From contig CT868004.1 in NCBI GenBank assembly GCA_000165425.1, positions 124,001 to 188,000 of the forward strand: a stretch of DNA of 64,000 nt, read 5' to 3'. The DNA is from Paramecium tetraurelia (lineage: Eukaryota). Position 1 is the first letter of the stretch, and each line of letters starts with the position of its first letter. Shown piece by piece: positions 1-13,956 of the stretch. A program made the position numbers and the translations under genes. The notes below the pieces were generated by a model that was given only the letters and a program-made list of their open reading frames with translations, was not told the origin of the DNA and did not search any database.

Positions 1-191
1 TATCTGAATTCAAGAGAACTTTTTATTCAAAATTTTTGGAGTTATAACTCAAGCTTTCAAAGAATGATCCAGCTTAATAGATACTAGTTTAAGATTTATA
101 CAGAATAGTAGTTAGATAAAATTACAATCAGGAGGAGGCATTAAGATTTGTGAGAAAATGCTTAAGAGTGGGTAAAATTAATTAAGTATGA
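1..191 (+). CDS. 3' end of hypothetical protein (partial)
   Basis: Open code-6 frame SEFKRTFYSKFLELQLK...EEALRFVRKCLRVGKINQV ending TGA 189-191. Confidence 0.5.
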
Positions 192-489
192 GTATTCTTA
201 TTTATTTATAACTTAATTAATAATTAAATAGTTGAATTAATGGACTCCTCTTGACTGTCAGATTATCAGATAATGGCTTCAAATCACTATGGAATTTCAA
301 TAGTTAACAAGATAAAAAACAATACTATAAAGTAAATAAAGCAAATGTAAGTTCAATAATGGAATTTTCAGACTCAGTACTGCAGAATACTCCTGATTAC
401 TTGGAAACTTTGATGAGTCTGGCAACAATAATCAATTATAAGATTAAAATTTTATGAGTTTTATAATAGTTACTAATATAAAAAGTAAA

Positions 490-1529
490 TCAGAGTTTGG
501 TGATTCAGCATTCATAGCTTAATTGGGATCATAAAAATATTCTTTGAATTGAGCTAAGAATAAATATTACTAATAAATGCATACCTTAGATAGAGTCTCT
601 TTTTAGCATCGTATTATTTTCATTTTAATCCTACTCTGTATCCTGACTATAAATTGCTCTTCAATTGCTTGAACTAAGATGAATGTAAGGTGGTTGCAAT
701 TCCTTATGGAATAATTTATTCCACTCGAATCCTCTCAACCTTGGATGATTTTTTATAGCTTCTGGATTATTTGATCCAAATCTTTGGGATGGCTTTCGTT
801 GGATCAACTTATAAATTGAAATTAATTAACTCTACTTGATTCTCCAAATCTGCAGGCTCTAAAGACCAAGAAACAGGAATTTCAGATCTTTTAATTTACA
901 CTTATTTTGCAGTTCCACTTGTATCTGATGAGTTATTAGGACTCCAGATGGATGTGATTGTGAAAACTTTCAATATGAAGTAGCCTTCAGAATCGAACAT
1001 AAAGTTTTCAGATTTCAAATCTCTATGGATATCACCTTAATAATGCAAATATTCTAGTGCAATTATAATACCTTCACTAAAGAACTCTAAGCAATAAAAT
1101 TGCAGTTAATACTTGATTCTTTTTCTGAGAACTTTTAATTCTTCTCAAAATGAAAACGGAAATCTCCTCCACTTAATAAATCCTTAACCAGGCATAAATC
1201 TTCTTTTATCTTAAAATGCGGTTATCATTTCATTATTAAGGGATGCCTTAGTCCACTAAATAACAATATCTCATTCAAATTTGAAATAACATTCTTTTTT
1301 TTGATAATCTTTAATTTAGAACTTAAATTCATTACTTTGCTTTTCACATCACTTTTAGGGCAAATAGTCTTTGTTTTTTCTACACCTCGCTTTCCAAAAC
1401 CTTCCCATATGTTCTATACCACAGAACCTCAATAAATTCAAAGTTATGCACAGATAGAACTTTTATAGAATTCTAAGTACTTGATGAATCTGGAAAGTCA
1501 CTCTTATCTGTAATATTGTAATTACCCAT
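490..1529 (-). pseudogene. AGC-group Ser/Thr kinase pseudogene (3' boundary approximate)
   Basis: ATG 1529 MGNY...; YGKV, LFALKVM, LLSGGDFRFH, ALEYLHYQGDIHRDLKSEN and WNKLFHKELQPPY are recognisable. There is an in-frame TGA at 1344-1346 and a frameshift near 1200-1210, and the DFG and APE motifs are lost. Confidence 0.85.
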
Positions 1530-1610
1530 TATTTATTAATATAATGATTTTATGCTTATTTTCATAGATATATTTGTTTATAACATCTCTGTTGATTAAA
1601 TAAAAAGTAT

Positions 1611-2595
1611 TCAATATTTTAGTTTTGGCAAGATCTCACTTTCTTCTACCTTATCTTACCCAACCATAGTGATCAAAGAACATTTGGGTTTCTCGAATTC
1701 CTTTTTCAATTTGCTCTCTCCCCTCACCTTCAGACTGCTCTCAAGATCTGCTTGCTTCAACAATAAAGTCTTTGAGTTTAAAGTCACTCTCAATGAATTG
1801 TTAGATTAATCTTCTTCCTTTTCCACCATGTAACTCGATCCTCTTAACTGCTGGTACCAATTTTTTGGTGGAGACGGCAATTCGTTAAGAAGTTACTTTT
1901 TTAGTCTATAAGCTGTTGAACTAATATTTTTTTGTCTGATTACCTGAACTCTTCTGCAATAAAGTGAGTTTGTCTCTGCTTCTTGCCTAACACTTGCTTT
2001 GGATAGTCATGTTGACTAATTCCCAAGATTATTCTCGTTCTTGGAATGAAGTGATAACTCTTTATTGTCTCGTATTTGCATTTCTTTCAAATAAATCCAA
2101 TTACTTCTCTAATTGTAATTCTTCCATTTCATTTCTTTGTATTCTGTACTTTGTTTCTTATAAATATTATTCCACATTAACATTTGCATTATGATTTACC
2201 AAAGTGGCCATTGTAGACTTATTATGAGAAACTTGTCGAGATAGGATATTTGATGGGATGGGATCATGAAAAAGAGGGATCTTATTGGATGATTGTGATT
2301 TCTTCATATTGGAGAGATTCGAATAGGATTGTTTCATTTTTTAGTACATAACTGAGTTCTTCATTTTTGGAGAATTGGATAGTTTGGATTCTTCAATTTT
2401 CTTTTTAATTTTTTCAATAACATCAGGTTTTCCAACAACACTTCGAGCAATAATTTTATTGTTAATATCATATTATGGACCATAATAAGGATTATGTTCT
2501 TCGAATATGTTGTTAGAGAGTTGTGGTTTTAACTTGTAACTCTTTATTTTATGCATCAAGAACAAAGTTTTTGATTATTGGAGATGATCTTGCAT
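1611..2595 (-). CDS. Hypothetical protein with MYCBP-associated-protein-like N-terminal motifs
   Basis: ATG 2595; one 31-nt intron restores the frame; TGA 1611; motifs YGPQYDINNKIIARSVVG and NWYQQLRG. Confidence 0.65.
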
Positions 2596-2610
2596 TAAAA
2601 TATATTTATT

Positions 2611-4581
2611 TCACTATAATTAAACAATTCTATAGGATGATCGACGACTGAGATCTCTTTTATTATAATTAGAGTAATTGAAATCTTTGGTTGGCTGTTA
2701 CACTAGATCCTGAGGTAGTATCATCAGATCCCTGGCTTCTTTGGATTCCAGTGTCAATTTACTATTCCCATTGACAATTATATAATCAGAGTCATAATAC
2801 TTTTTACTCAACCTCTGATTGATCATATTCTTGAATTTATCACTGCAAATTTTAACGGTATTTCCACTCTTAATAATCTCGATGGTTGGATCATTTGTCT
2901 ATTCGTATTTTCTGAGATTGCCATACCATTCCTTCACATTGGGTTCTCTCTATACAGCATTTAGAGTGTCCAATAATTGCTTCTTCTCTCGATACCCTTG
3001 ACTCTTGTTAAGTAAAGTATTGCTAAAGGAACGCTCACAACGACTTGCTAATTCCTATTCCAATTAATTCCATTTTTCTTTCTTCTCTTCACATGATTCT
3101 AAGATTCTTCTTTATCTGGTTAATAGATTTCTCTCTATGATAGGCAATGTCTCTTCCTTAGATCTGAGTGAGATTTCAGTTAGTTTAATATTTTTTTGAA
3201 TTTTATCGATATGCAATTGAATATCCTCCTTGGAAATCTTGCTCAGATGAACAGGCTCTCTTTTCTTCTTTAAGTTCTTTTTCTTATTGAATGAGGTAAT
3301 AACAAAAGATCTTAGCATTGAAGAATCATCATCAGTTACTCTGCTGTCTTATTAGACTTTGCCCTCTCTCTAGAATTGATCAACTGATCCAACTATGGAT
3401 CTCTTTATGACATCACCTCTTTTATCGTAGCGTGGTCCTTAGATGATTCCGTTGATTTGCGATTCTTGGAAGATACTCGTGTTTTGTGATTTAGATCTCT
3501 GCATGTCTTTACATGGTTATGCGACAAATAGTACTTTAATATTTTATATACTCATTATTTGATATGCCGCCATATCTCACTAGTACTATTAAAGACTCTA
3601 ACTAACGGGTTCTATTTTGATGTTCTTCCTCTAACTTGGTTCCTCATATATCACTTAGGATTTTGTGAATTCTAGTTGTTTTGGCGACGTAAATTGAAGG
3701 TACGTTTGAGACTGGATGTTCATAGGAAATTGTCTCATTGGAGATCTGACAACTAGTTATTTCTTCTGATTTTCCAAAGGCATTCCTATACAATATTTCA
3801 GGCCTTCATTGAGACGACTAACAAATTTTTCGATGGATAATTGAATGTTGCGATAATCTTGTTTCCATTTCGAATCCACATACTCTAAGAACCCTTAAAC
3901 GTCATCCACTTCTCTAGCATTCAAGGTCTCAATCTGCATATCAAATAAATGACAAAATTCAGCGGTGAATTGATTATGGAAATAGGACTTTATCATTTTT
4001 AAAAAGTTATCCTTCATCAATTCCAATAAACGAATCTTCTTTAAAAGAATCGCACTTTCTTTATTATTAGCCATCTCTAACTCTCTTTTTTGAGCGAATA
4101 ATTCTATTTATTAAAATGCATTTTCGATGTCTGCTTCCAAATTTTAAGAGGCCTTCAATTATGCATCGACATCACTTAATTAAGCAATAAAATTGATTCT
4201 CTCATTCTCCTTCCCTTCTCTCCATTGTTCATGCTATTATATTAGTTAAGCCTTGGTTTCCTCTATCTTTTTCGAAACATTTCTTAAGCATCTCTCAATT
4301 CCTTCTTACAAATAGTCGTCGTATTACTCATTCTCAAAAGTATTGCTTTACTCCCCATTTACTAACTATAACAACCCAGCAGTGGAGTTCTTCTTATTGC
4401 TAAAATAAGTAGCCAAACACCCATTCTCATATATGTGGTATAATTCCTCTACTTTGTGATTGCGATCATGCAATTTTACTGCACAAGTTGAACACATAAC
4501 TCTTTATTAGCAATTCCTTTCTAAGCAAATCCAACTAAGGGATTGTTTTGGATGATTTTTACACATTTATTCACTTTCCAT
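2611..4581 (-). CDS. B-box-like Zn-finger / coiled-coil protein
   Basis: MESEQMCKNHPKQSLSWICLERNCQQRVMCSTCAVKLHDRNHKV followed by coiled coil; span of 1971 nt is divisible by 3. Confidence 0.7.
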
Positions 4582-4801
4582 TTTTAACGATTATCTAATT
4601 AATTATAGCAAACTTGATGAAAAAATAAATAAACTAAAATCAATTCAATATAATATATTATCATTTCTAAACTAACATACTCTAATATAATAATTAATAG
4701 CAACATGATATGACGTAAATTAGGGCATGTCTTATCGTTTTGGAGAATGGCAAAAACGGATAATTTAAATAAAAACGAAAGCTAAAACAAACCTATCATC
4801 G

Positions 4802-6484
4802 ATGGCACGAAGTCAAATTATAAAAAATGAGGATGATTCATATGATGCCAAATCAAACAGAAACAATCAAAAGCACGAATAACCCATCCAATCACATCCA
4901 GATGATTATGCAAACGACAAAAAAAAAGTAGGACGATGGACTCCTTAAGAAGATGACAAGCTTTAAAAATTGATTGAAGGTACTCAATTTGAATTTATGT
5001 GTAGAATACGGGGAAAAGAGTTGGAGATTGATAAGTAATGTAATGGAAGGCAGAAGTGCAATCTAATGCTTACATAGATGGACAAAGATCCTTAGGCCTG
5101 GTCTCAAGAAAGGTAGAGATTATTATATAAACACCAAGGCCCATGGCAGGACAATGAAGATGAGAGACTTTTAGAATGGGTTAAGAATAATGGACCCAAT
5201 AAATGGTCATTATGTGCCGAGAATATCACAGGACGCTCAGGAAAGTAATGTAGAGAAAGGTGGTTCAATAATCTAAATCCAAATGTCAAAAAGGGAGGAT
5301 GGACATCAGGTAATTACCCATATAATCAATTTAGATGAAGATCATGAAATTTTCAAGGGTTATTTAGCATATTCATCCTCTTGGTCGAAAATTGCCAAGA
5401 ATCTCTCAGGAAGAACTGAAAATTCTGTCAAAAATCGCTTTTATTCAACAGTCAGAAAATTATTAGCTGATCAAGAAAAAAATGGAATATCCCTTTAAGT
5501 ATGCAACATTATTTAGACTAGATGTTGGAAGTTAAATAAGAAAATGGGACATCAGCATTGTAAACTTTTGTGAAAGCTCATCTTTAGAAATTTGAATAAT
5601 AATTGTCAATCTAAATGGAAGAGGAAAAACCAGGTTAGGACCAAAAGTTGGAAGAGTTGGCTATCAAATCAGAAGATGACAGTGTGTCCAAAAGGAAGAT
5701 TTATACTGACAGTTATTAAGAATAGAACTTACTTTATCGGTTATTATAGTCATAGGGAGGTCCTATCAAGAGAACTTCATGTATGAAGGATTATTCAACT
5801 ATCTATAAGAAATATAAAAAGAGATATAATTAAAGGAAGAAGGATAAGTAATAATCTGAGAAAGTTGAGAGACTTAGAAAGATTATAATGAAAAAAGATA
5901 TTTAGAAGTCATTAGCTGAATAATCAGAGTTAAATTTAAAATAGAACCTAGAACAATATCTTTTGAATTTTTAAGAGTGTAAATTGGAATAACAAAATTA
6001 AAATTAGGATTCAGATAAGTTGAATTAATTTTAAGATAAGCTATTAGGCTTCTTTAATTCATAATTGGATTAAATTATGACGAAAGTATAAACTGAAATG
6101 GATAATACAATTTAATAAAAAGTAATTGAAGATGACTAATAATAATAAATAACTAAATAATTAAAGACTTAGAACTCAAAAAGGGAAATTAGTAAACTTA
6201 TAGAAGTGAAAGAAGAGGAGGTTTAATTAAATTAATAAGTCATGAATACATTTCTAAACAGATTTATTCAATTTGAAAGTAATGATGATAAAAATGATAT
6301 TGCTAATTTCATTATACAAAATCACAAAATTGATTCAAAAATGATGTTTCTAATCAGTTAATTGCACACTCTAGAAAATATGTTAGGTGATACAAAAAAA
6401 GAATTCAGCAGATTAGAATCAAGCTTGTATGATAAAATTCATGGTACTTCCTTTCAATCTAGTCATTCTAGTCAAAATATTTGA
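4802..6484 (+). CDS. R1R2R3-Myb transcription factor
   Basis: Three Myb repeats (GRWTPQEDDKL; GPWQDNEDERL..GRSGKQCRERWFNNLNP; GGWTSDED..GRTENSVKNRFYS) split by ~25-nt introns; start ambiguous (in-frame ATG also at 4727). Confidence 0.92.
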
Positions 6485-6625
6485 TACTCAAATGATAATA
6501 TTGAATATATATCTTTTTGTTAAATCGATTTTATAATAATATTTAGTAAATAATTAACCTATTCAACACATCAACTATATTATAAGATATTAAATTATTA
6601 TTTACTATTGGATATACAATTTTAT

Positions 6626-7653
6626 TCAAAAATCAACATTTTATTTAAATTCACACTTTAAACAACAATCTATTTTCTTGTGTGATAAAACAGTTTGGCC
6701 AGATGAACAAAATTTACATTAGCATTCACATGTTTCCTTTTTTTCAATAGGATTTTCTTCATCATAGGATCGATAGATCTAAGGATCAATGAAAATCATA
6801 CAAATAAATCCCTCGATTTACAAACCAATTAGCAAACATGCATAGGGTGATAACCAAGACTTTTACAAGTTGAACATTTGCATTGACAAGCCCTCATTAA
6901 ATGTACTTCCTTATCGAGATCAGCCCCTTTTACAATATCCATTGCATTTAGTGTTTAAATCTTATCTAAGTTATTAATAAATAATACCTCAGGATTTCCA
7001 TACTGCCTAAATCCTCTTTGTAAAAATATTGATGACCTTTGGTTTGTGAGCATTGCAGATATGAAATTTTAGGAAGTTCTGCCAAACACAGTGCCTTATG
7101 CATATCCTCTATCAAAGAGAAAATAAGCATTCCTAAATCTATTACAAACATGTACTTTAGCAAAATTGATCTAAGAGATACTAACTCTGCTTTCTCTGTG
7201 AAATTATGATGAAATTTGCATTTATCTTAATGCTCCAACTCTTGATGGCATTTTTATGAACATGTGGCACTGCCGCAAGCTGCACAAATGGCTGTATTTT
7301 CATCAGCTGGCTTGCCACATATACATTGCAATTTGTTTATGTCCAATTAAATTAATGATCCTGTGTTAAATGCTCTTAATGTCTCTAAATTTAATTTGTC
7401 CTTCTCTGTCAAGTATTCATTATGTTCCATATTCATATTGGCATGAGAATGAAGGCTAACTAAAAGAATATAAATTATATTTACCTCTCACTGGATGATG
7501 TTTACGAATATGTTCATTGCCACACATGTAACAAAACTTTTGTTCACAACTTTGGCAATATTCATTAGCCAATATATTTGGGAATTTTTAGTGGTCATGC
7601 AACAAACATTCTTTAGGAGTCTGTTTAATTAGTTTCCCAAGAAATCTGAACAT
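6626..7653 (-). CDS. Cys-rich zinc-finger protein (B-box-like N-terminus)
   Basis: MFRFLGKLIKQTPKECLLHDH...YCQSCEQKFCYMCGNEHIRKHH, multiple CxxC pairs, short introns, TGA 6626. Confidence 0.7.
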
Positions 7654-8340
7654 AAATATAATTTATTTTATAATTCTTCATGTAAACAAACATTGATTTT
7701 TATAAATACTTTGTATGTCTTTTTTATTCTAGAACTAGTGAAAATATGAAAAAACAATAGGTTTTGAATTAATTCCACATTAATCGTCGATAAGATAATT
7801 GAGATCTACAGATCAAGCAAATAAATTAAAAATATTTGAATAAAATGATGAACTTGTAACCATAGAATATTCTAAATGAATGTTCAATGAAATAAATGAG
7901 GACATTACCATCATTTTGAAGTATTCTAATTTGACTTATAGATTCAAATTAGATTATGGTTGAGAGTAGCTTATGATGTAATACTTAATTAATTTACAAT
8001 TAATCGAGGGGGGTTAGCCTTATTAATAGAATCAATAAATTTCAGTAATTATTTATTAGAGATAAATATAGTCTTCTGCCACAAGGTAATTCGATATGAG
8101 CAGGGAATTCAAAATATCAACAATTTAAATGGCATACAAATTATTCTTGAGTCAAATAATATAAATCTCATTAAAAAACAGTCATGAATATATATTTTAA
8201 ATTATGATAAAATTAAATTCAAGGATAGAAGGATTAAGGTTGAAATTTAAAGAAGCTTTGTTAGATCATATTAATGATAAACAAAATATAAAATTTGTTC
8301 ATTTTTTGATCAATATTGAAACATAATATAACAAACAAGT

Positions 8341-9185
8341 TCAATTTTGTTGTTTTATTAATCTTTACCTTTTAAAGTCTCTTTTTTTTGAAATCCTTTT
8401 TTAAACAGAGGGACTCCTTCCAACGGATTTAGTGTCCTCTTCATATTTATCACATGAGATTTCTTGAGCTTTAATTAATTTTTTATGAATTAATTAAGAT
8501 ACGATGAGAATTTTCTTTGAAACAACAAGTCTTGTATCATTTAGGTAATGTAAGATTGCCAAAGCCAATTCGAAATGAGAATATTGATATATTTCATAGT
8601 CTATTTACATATAATTACATTATTTACCTATGAGCATGAACATTAACAAATTCTACACTTTTTCATCTATTTCAACATTCATTGCTAATAGATAATCCGA
8701 TGATGTGGTAAGATTCAATTGATATCCCATGGCTTTCACAATTTACTCCTCCATTTCGTTGTATTCTTCATCTTTGTATAATGGCTAGCCTTCTTAATCA
8801 TATAACTTGATTTGACATGAGATTTCTGTCTCATAAAACTAGGATGATAAAAATTATGAATACCTTCGAGGCAATCGAATATGCCGAAATCCCCAACAGT
8901 TAAAGGTATTCCTGAGAGATATTAAAATAATTTAAGTATGTATCGATAATAAGCACAGCCAGTTCTAAGGTTTTTATTGAATGTTGGAATTGAGATGATT
9001 GCTAATTATAATATTGAATAATTACTGCAATAATCCATTAGATTAGAATATCCCTTCTAGAAGGACTCACAGAATCGTATGAGTAGTATGGATTGTGCTT
9101 GTTGAATGTCTTGGGCTAAGAAATCAATAGAAAATGATACTTTGTCTCTAGTCATTAAATCTCTTAATTCAGCAAACGAAAACAT
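8341..9185 (-). CDS. Cyclin (cyclin N-terminal box)
   Basis: RRDILIQWII...TLELAVLIIDTYL...LQLLGISAYSIASKFYE...EMEEQIVKAMGYQLNLTTSSDYL with several ~25-nt introns. Confidence 0.88.
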
Positions 9186-9249
9186 GGCTGTACAAATTAA
9201 AAAAAATAATTATACAGCAAAACTCATTTAAATTTGAAATTTATAGATT

Positions 9250-10290
9250 AATTAATACTAAAGAATACCATATCCAAAATTTAACGTGATTCACTCAAAC
9301 TTCAAGATACTAAAATTAAAAATTGGTTTTCATTAAATCATATATATATTTTTAGATGTTGGCTCTTTACTTTCAAAAACAAAGTTTTCCTTCTTTAGAG
9401 GCATCGATTATGACCTTGAAATGGTTATAGAATAAGAATTCAAGGGGTATTCATTAAATTATAGGCTTAAAATATTCATATAGTGGTCATAATCCAATTG
9501 TTTTATTGATGACAATAGAAGAACTAAAATAGAGTCAGTTAATCATAGAAATAGAAACAACCTAGAATTTTGTGATTAAATAATTGTAAGACTTTGATTT
9601 ACAAATGATTTAATAGCAGAATTCTTAAAAGTTAATTATATTAAATATTTAATCATTACATAATTTATTGATTAAATTATAAATGAAAAAAGCATCACAA
9701 GTATATTAAAAAGAATTAATAAATAATAATTTTTATTACAATTATAAAACACAGTAGATTGGATTATCTTGAGATCCCTATGATCAAAGTGATCTTCCTG
9801 GTTAACAAATTCATGTATCTGATTAGTTACGATATCATATCTAAATTTTGTGATAGATTTATATGATTTATTCAGTTTCAAATCTCAATCAAGTTTAGAT
9901 TTATTGTTGAAGGTGATTTATTTTATAAATGCTTGAAGAAAAGTATAGTCAATACATAATTCTATATGTTTAGTAAATCCATGCATATATAGATACTGAT
10001 CTGCCTTATATAATTATAAAACTCAAAATATTTTGAGAAAACTGATGATACCAGATTCTGTAAGCGTTGGTTCTGATCTAAGCAAATTTGTATTTCTAAG
10101 AATACTTGAAATTTACAAAGCTTTTTCTCAAAAATGATAAAATTAAGTATTATCATAAAATTCAGATAACTGACAAGGTCATCTATTATTGTTTTTTTAA
10201 CTATAAGAATGATTTGATTGTTACTAATTCTAATAAGTATTTTGACTGGGAAGTGATTATATTTTATAATTATATGGTATTTTTCAATTA
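9250..10290 (+). pseudogene. Possible decayed gene of unknown family
   Basis: Coding-like stretches with GT..AG mini-introns (KLKIDVGSLLSKTKFSFFRGIDYDLEMVIE), but no in-frame ATG found and internal TGAs present. Confidence 0.3.
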
Positions 10291-10305
10291 ATTTATATTT
10301 AAAAT

Positions 10306-11438
10306 ATGTAAACAACAAATGGCATTTCTATTTTGTAAATTAAGCATACGCAAGTATCAGTTTGCAATAATAAAAAAAAGGAAGAATTGATACAATTTGA
10401 TTAATTTGATGAGGATTTGATACCAAAAAGTAAATTGTTTTCTCCTGTGAACATAAATTTAAATCTGAAATGTGTTGAAACATTTGGGAATAATAAAATA
10501 TATGACATCAATGAAACAAGAACTAATGACTAGCAAAACAAATCGGATTCTTTGCTTGATACACTGAATTCAAAGTAAAAAATAGAAACCTCTCTATAAC
10601 AAGTTAACGTAATGACTGAGAGATTAAATAATCAAAACTTAATATTCTATGCTCCTCAATATATTCCTGATATTCAGCAATTCTTAGCATCCCCTATTCC
10701 TATTGGTATCATTATATTTGTTATATAATGTTAGGCAAAATAGTATAGTGCACTTTCATAAAAAATAAAAAGGGGTTTTGCAATTTCTATCCAAAATTTG
10801 AATTATACTTCTCAGAAAGTTTAAAATTTCTCTGTGCTGCAAAGAGACAATCCACAAAGAAGAAATCAAATTATATTATATCGAGCAAAATTGATATATT
10901 TAATTCCAACAACAAACCAGTTAGTTTAGGGAATTTGAAACATGGAACATAAGAGAACTAGTTCAATTTATATGACAATGGCAATGACCCCAATAAAACC
11001 AATCAACTAGAAACAACCAGGAAGGAATATGGAATTTATTCTTTTAAAAAATCAAGTCTAGGTCTCAAATAAATTAATGTTTTAATTCCCTCTGTTATAA
11101 ATGGATAGCAATAAAATTTTAAACCTATTACTCAAAGTGAAGGCATCTAAAAAGCATTTTCTCAATAAAAGAATGAAAATGTATTGTAGTTAATCTCAAG
11201 GCCTCCTGTATTCTGTGAAGAAAAGAATGCATACCAATTAAAATTCACATAAAGAGTACGATCAGCATCAAATAAAAATTTTATTCTCATATCAAGTAAT
11301 CAATAGAATGATGAAGAATTTTTAATGTAATTTGGCAAATGTGGTGATAAATATTTCAATTTAGACATTTGCCATCCGCTTTCAATTTTATAAGCTTTTG
11401 CACTATGTATAACTTAATTTGAAGTTAAGTTAAAATGA
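10306..11438 (+). CDS. Tubby C-terminal domain protein
   Basis: FYPKFELYF..FLCAAKRQ..SNYIIS; FNLYDNGNDP; PPVFCEEKNAYQLKFTQRVRSASNKNFIL; QFGKCGDKYFNLDICHPLSILQAFALCI; one intron. Confidence 0.92.
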
Positions 11439-11814
11439 ATTGCCATTTTATATACATATCTCTTAATTTACTCATATTTTTAGAATATAAATTATAAATA
11501 TATATAGTGATGTCTTATTGGGAATCCACGATAACTTTGCACGCTAAATTAGAATTTCTATTCAAATGATAAATATGTAATGTCCATCATTATAAAGAGC
11601 ACTAGATCATATTAATTATAGAGAAGTCTAAGTAATGATTTTAAATCAATTTTACTTACACACCTTTATAAATGGATCAATAGGTTAAATAACATAGACT
11701 GATCTAAACTAAATAAAATTCAAAATTCTTGCCATAAAATTAAAGACTTTAAAATGATAGAATAACCTGAATTCATAAACTTTTTGTTTTATTGATTAAT
11801 TGATTAATATAATT

Positions 11815-13903
11815 ATGATTTAAGCTAATTTGGATTTGGAATCATTTTATTAACAACTACCTGAGAATGATGTGTTAAAGACAATCGCATACGAAGGAGA
11901 TTTAAAAATTACGAACACAAGTAACAAACAATTTAAATATCCAGTAATGATTGTTTTTAAATTAGACTGTTTCCAATCTTTGCTTACATCCAAAAACATG
12001 TTATGAACTTGAATTTATACTTGGTGAAATAGCAGAGAAAAGTTTTTGGAAATGTGAAGAATGCAGAAAATCCTTTGTAAAAGAGGATTTGTGTAAAGAC
12101 TTTAGATATAAAGTTTAAAATGAATTTAATGAATTTGTTACCAATATCATGATTATAGAAGGAAAATTATTTAATAAATCTTCTAGAAAGGCTAGATATT
12201 TAAATCATTTTACTAATCCATAAGTTAAGATTCACATGAGAGGATTATATCAAAGGTATGTAGCCACAGAAGGCTCGATAAATTAAATAATAATTAATGA
12301 GTTAAAAAAAAGTTAAAAGATAAAAACAGGAACAAATTAGCGAATATAATATTGGGCATTTTGCTTATAAGATAAAGTTAAAATTACTATTCCAGTCAGA
12401 ATTATAGGATGTAATCATCCTGAATGTTATGAATTAACAAGTCTTTTATAAGTACAATCTCAAAAGCAAGAATAATTTTATGTTTGTTCATATCCAGGTT
12501 GTGATAACCCAAGAAAGAAAATTGATATTTCTACTATTGAAAACTTATTCTCATCAATCACAATTGATGAAGATTTATTGAAAATTATAAAGCAAAGTAG
12601 TCTGAGTTCTATGAAATTTGTCTTTAACTATTAAACATAAAAATTTGAAGAGGATGTTTATAGAGAACAGGGACAGATCATTGATCCAGTTATTTAGAAG
12701 TATTTTTTAAAAAATAGCAAAGAAATTAAGGTAGCATTTGCAGAATTTTAAAAATAAGTGTTATCCTTAGTAGCACAAGTATGTTAAAATGATCTTTTTA
12801 AAGATTAACCTAACTTAGAAAAATTATTAGCTCAACACAAGTTTCGCAATTTAGAAATTAATATGAAAGATAAACAAACAGATATGATAATTGAGTAGCC
12901 TGTTAGATGCAAAAATTGCACCAATTTTTCAACTTGTTTGGATTTGAAAAGTTATGCTTGTGAATTCATTAAAAGGAAATTAATCAAATAAACTGATTTA
13001 TTCAAATGTCCTATTTGTTAAACTCCTTTTCAAGGCAATATGGTTTAATCTATGTTATAGAATTACATCTACTTGGATTAAAATTTATTATTCAGAATGT
13101 TTAAAGATTTGTCATACGTAAATACAACAAAATTTTAATATTTGGGTCGACAATATATGATATAAGAATTCTAAGAGAGATAAGTATTAACAAAGACGGA
13201 GTATATTAATGCATTAACACCAAAAAATCCAAGTTAAAAAGTAGAATTCAAATCAATTTTCTGTTCCTTTAATAAAAATTAAAAATTAGATATTCCATTA
13301 GTTTTATTTAACTGTCCAATTTCAACAGTGATTGATTTTGATACCTTCTATCTTCAATTAGAAAAATGTAACTTTGACCTCTCTTCAGGGTTGATTTTAT
13401 GTAAATGCTAAACCTGTAATACTACTCCGATTAAAAGTCTATCAGGCTCAATATTTTATCACGAGGCCTTTGATTATGCACTTAAAAAGTACTATTCATC
13501 TAACAGCAAATCAATGTCGTTTTCTTATGATTTTTAAAAAGATACTTTAACTAATAGTGGAGCTTTAGCAGATACTGCAGCATTAAAAAATGCTTAAGTT
13601 CCTAAGAAAATGGGGTTCTTGGATATGCTGAATGAAGAGGAATACCAGAAGATATTTGGTGAAAAAAAATTGGAAGGAAAAACTTTTTAGATCCTAAGTA
13701 TCACATAAACAGATGTCTTTGATGGAATAGCTATAACATATAATAAGGATGGGATTGATAGTAATATAGTAGAGAGAAAGGAATAAATGAACGCCAATTT
13801 AAAGAATGATCAAACCTTAAAATAATACAATTTTGTAATTAAGGAAATGAAACTAGAACTTAATAATAATCCTATTGTTCAAAATTTAGATCTTAAAGGA
13901 TGA
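11815..13903 (+). CDS. Protein with four tandem SP-RING/MIZ-like zinc fingers (putative SUMO E3-like)
   Basis: 688 aa after removing the 22-nt intron 11944-11965. Units: KYPTVSNLCLHPKTCYEL..WKCEEC; FCLQDKVKITIPVRIIGCNHPECYEL..CSYPGC; IEQPVRCKNCTNFSTCLDL..FKCPIC; FCSFNKNQKLDIPLVLFNC..CKCQTC. Confidence 0.8.
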
Positions 13904-13956
13904 TTAACAAACTTAAAATTAAAATTTATTTAGTCATTTTAATATATATATGATTC

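Noticed and set aside
1344..1346. Stop readthrough in the AGC kinase
   Set aside because: The gene also has a frameshift and has lost DFG/APE, so simple decay explains it
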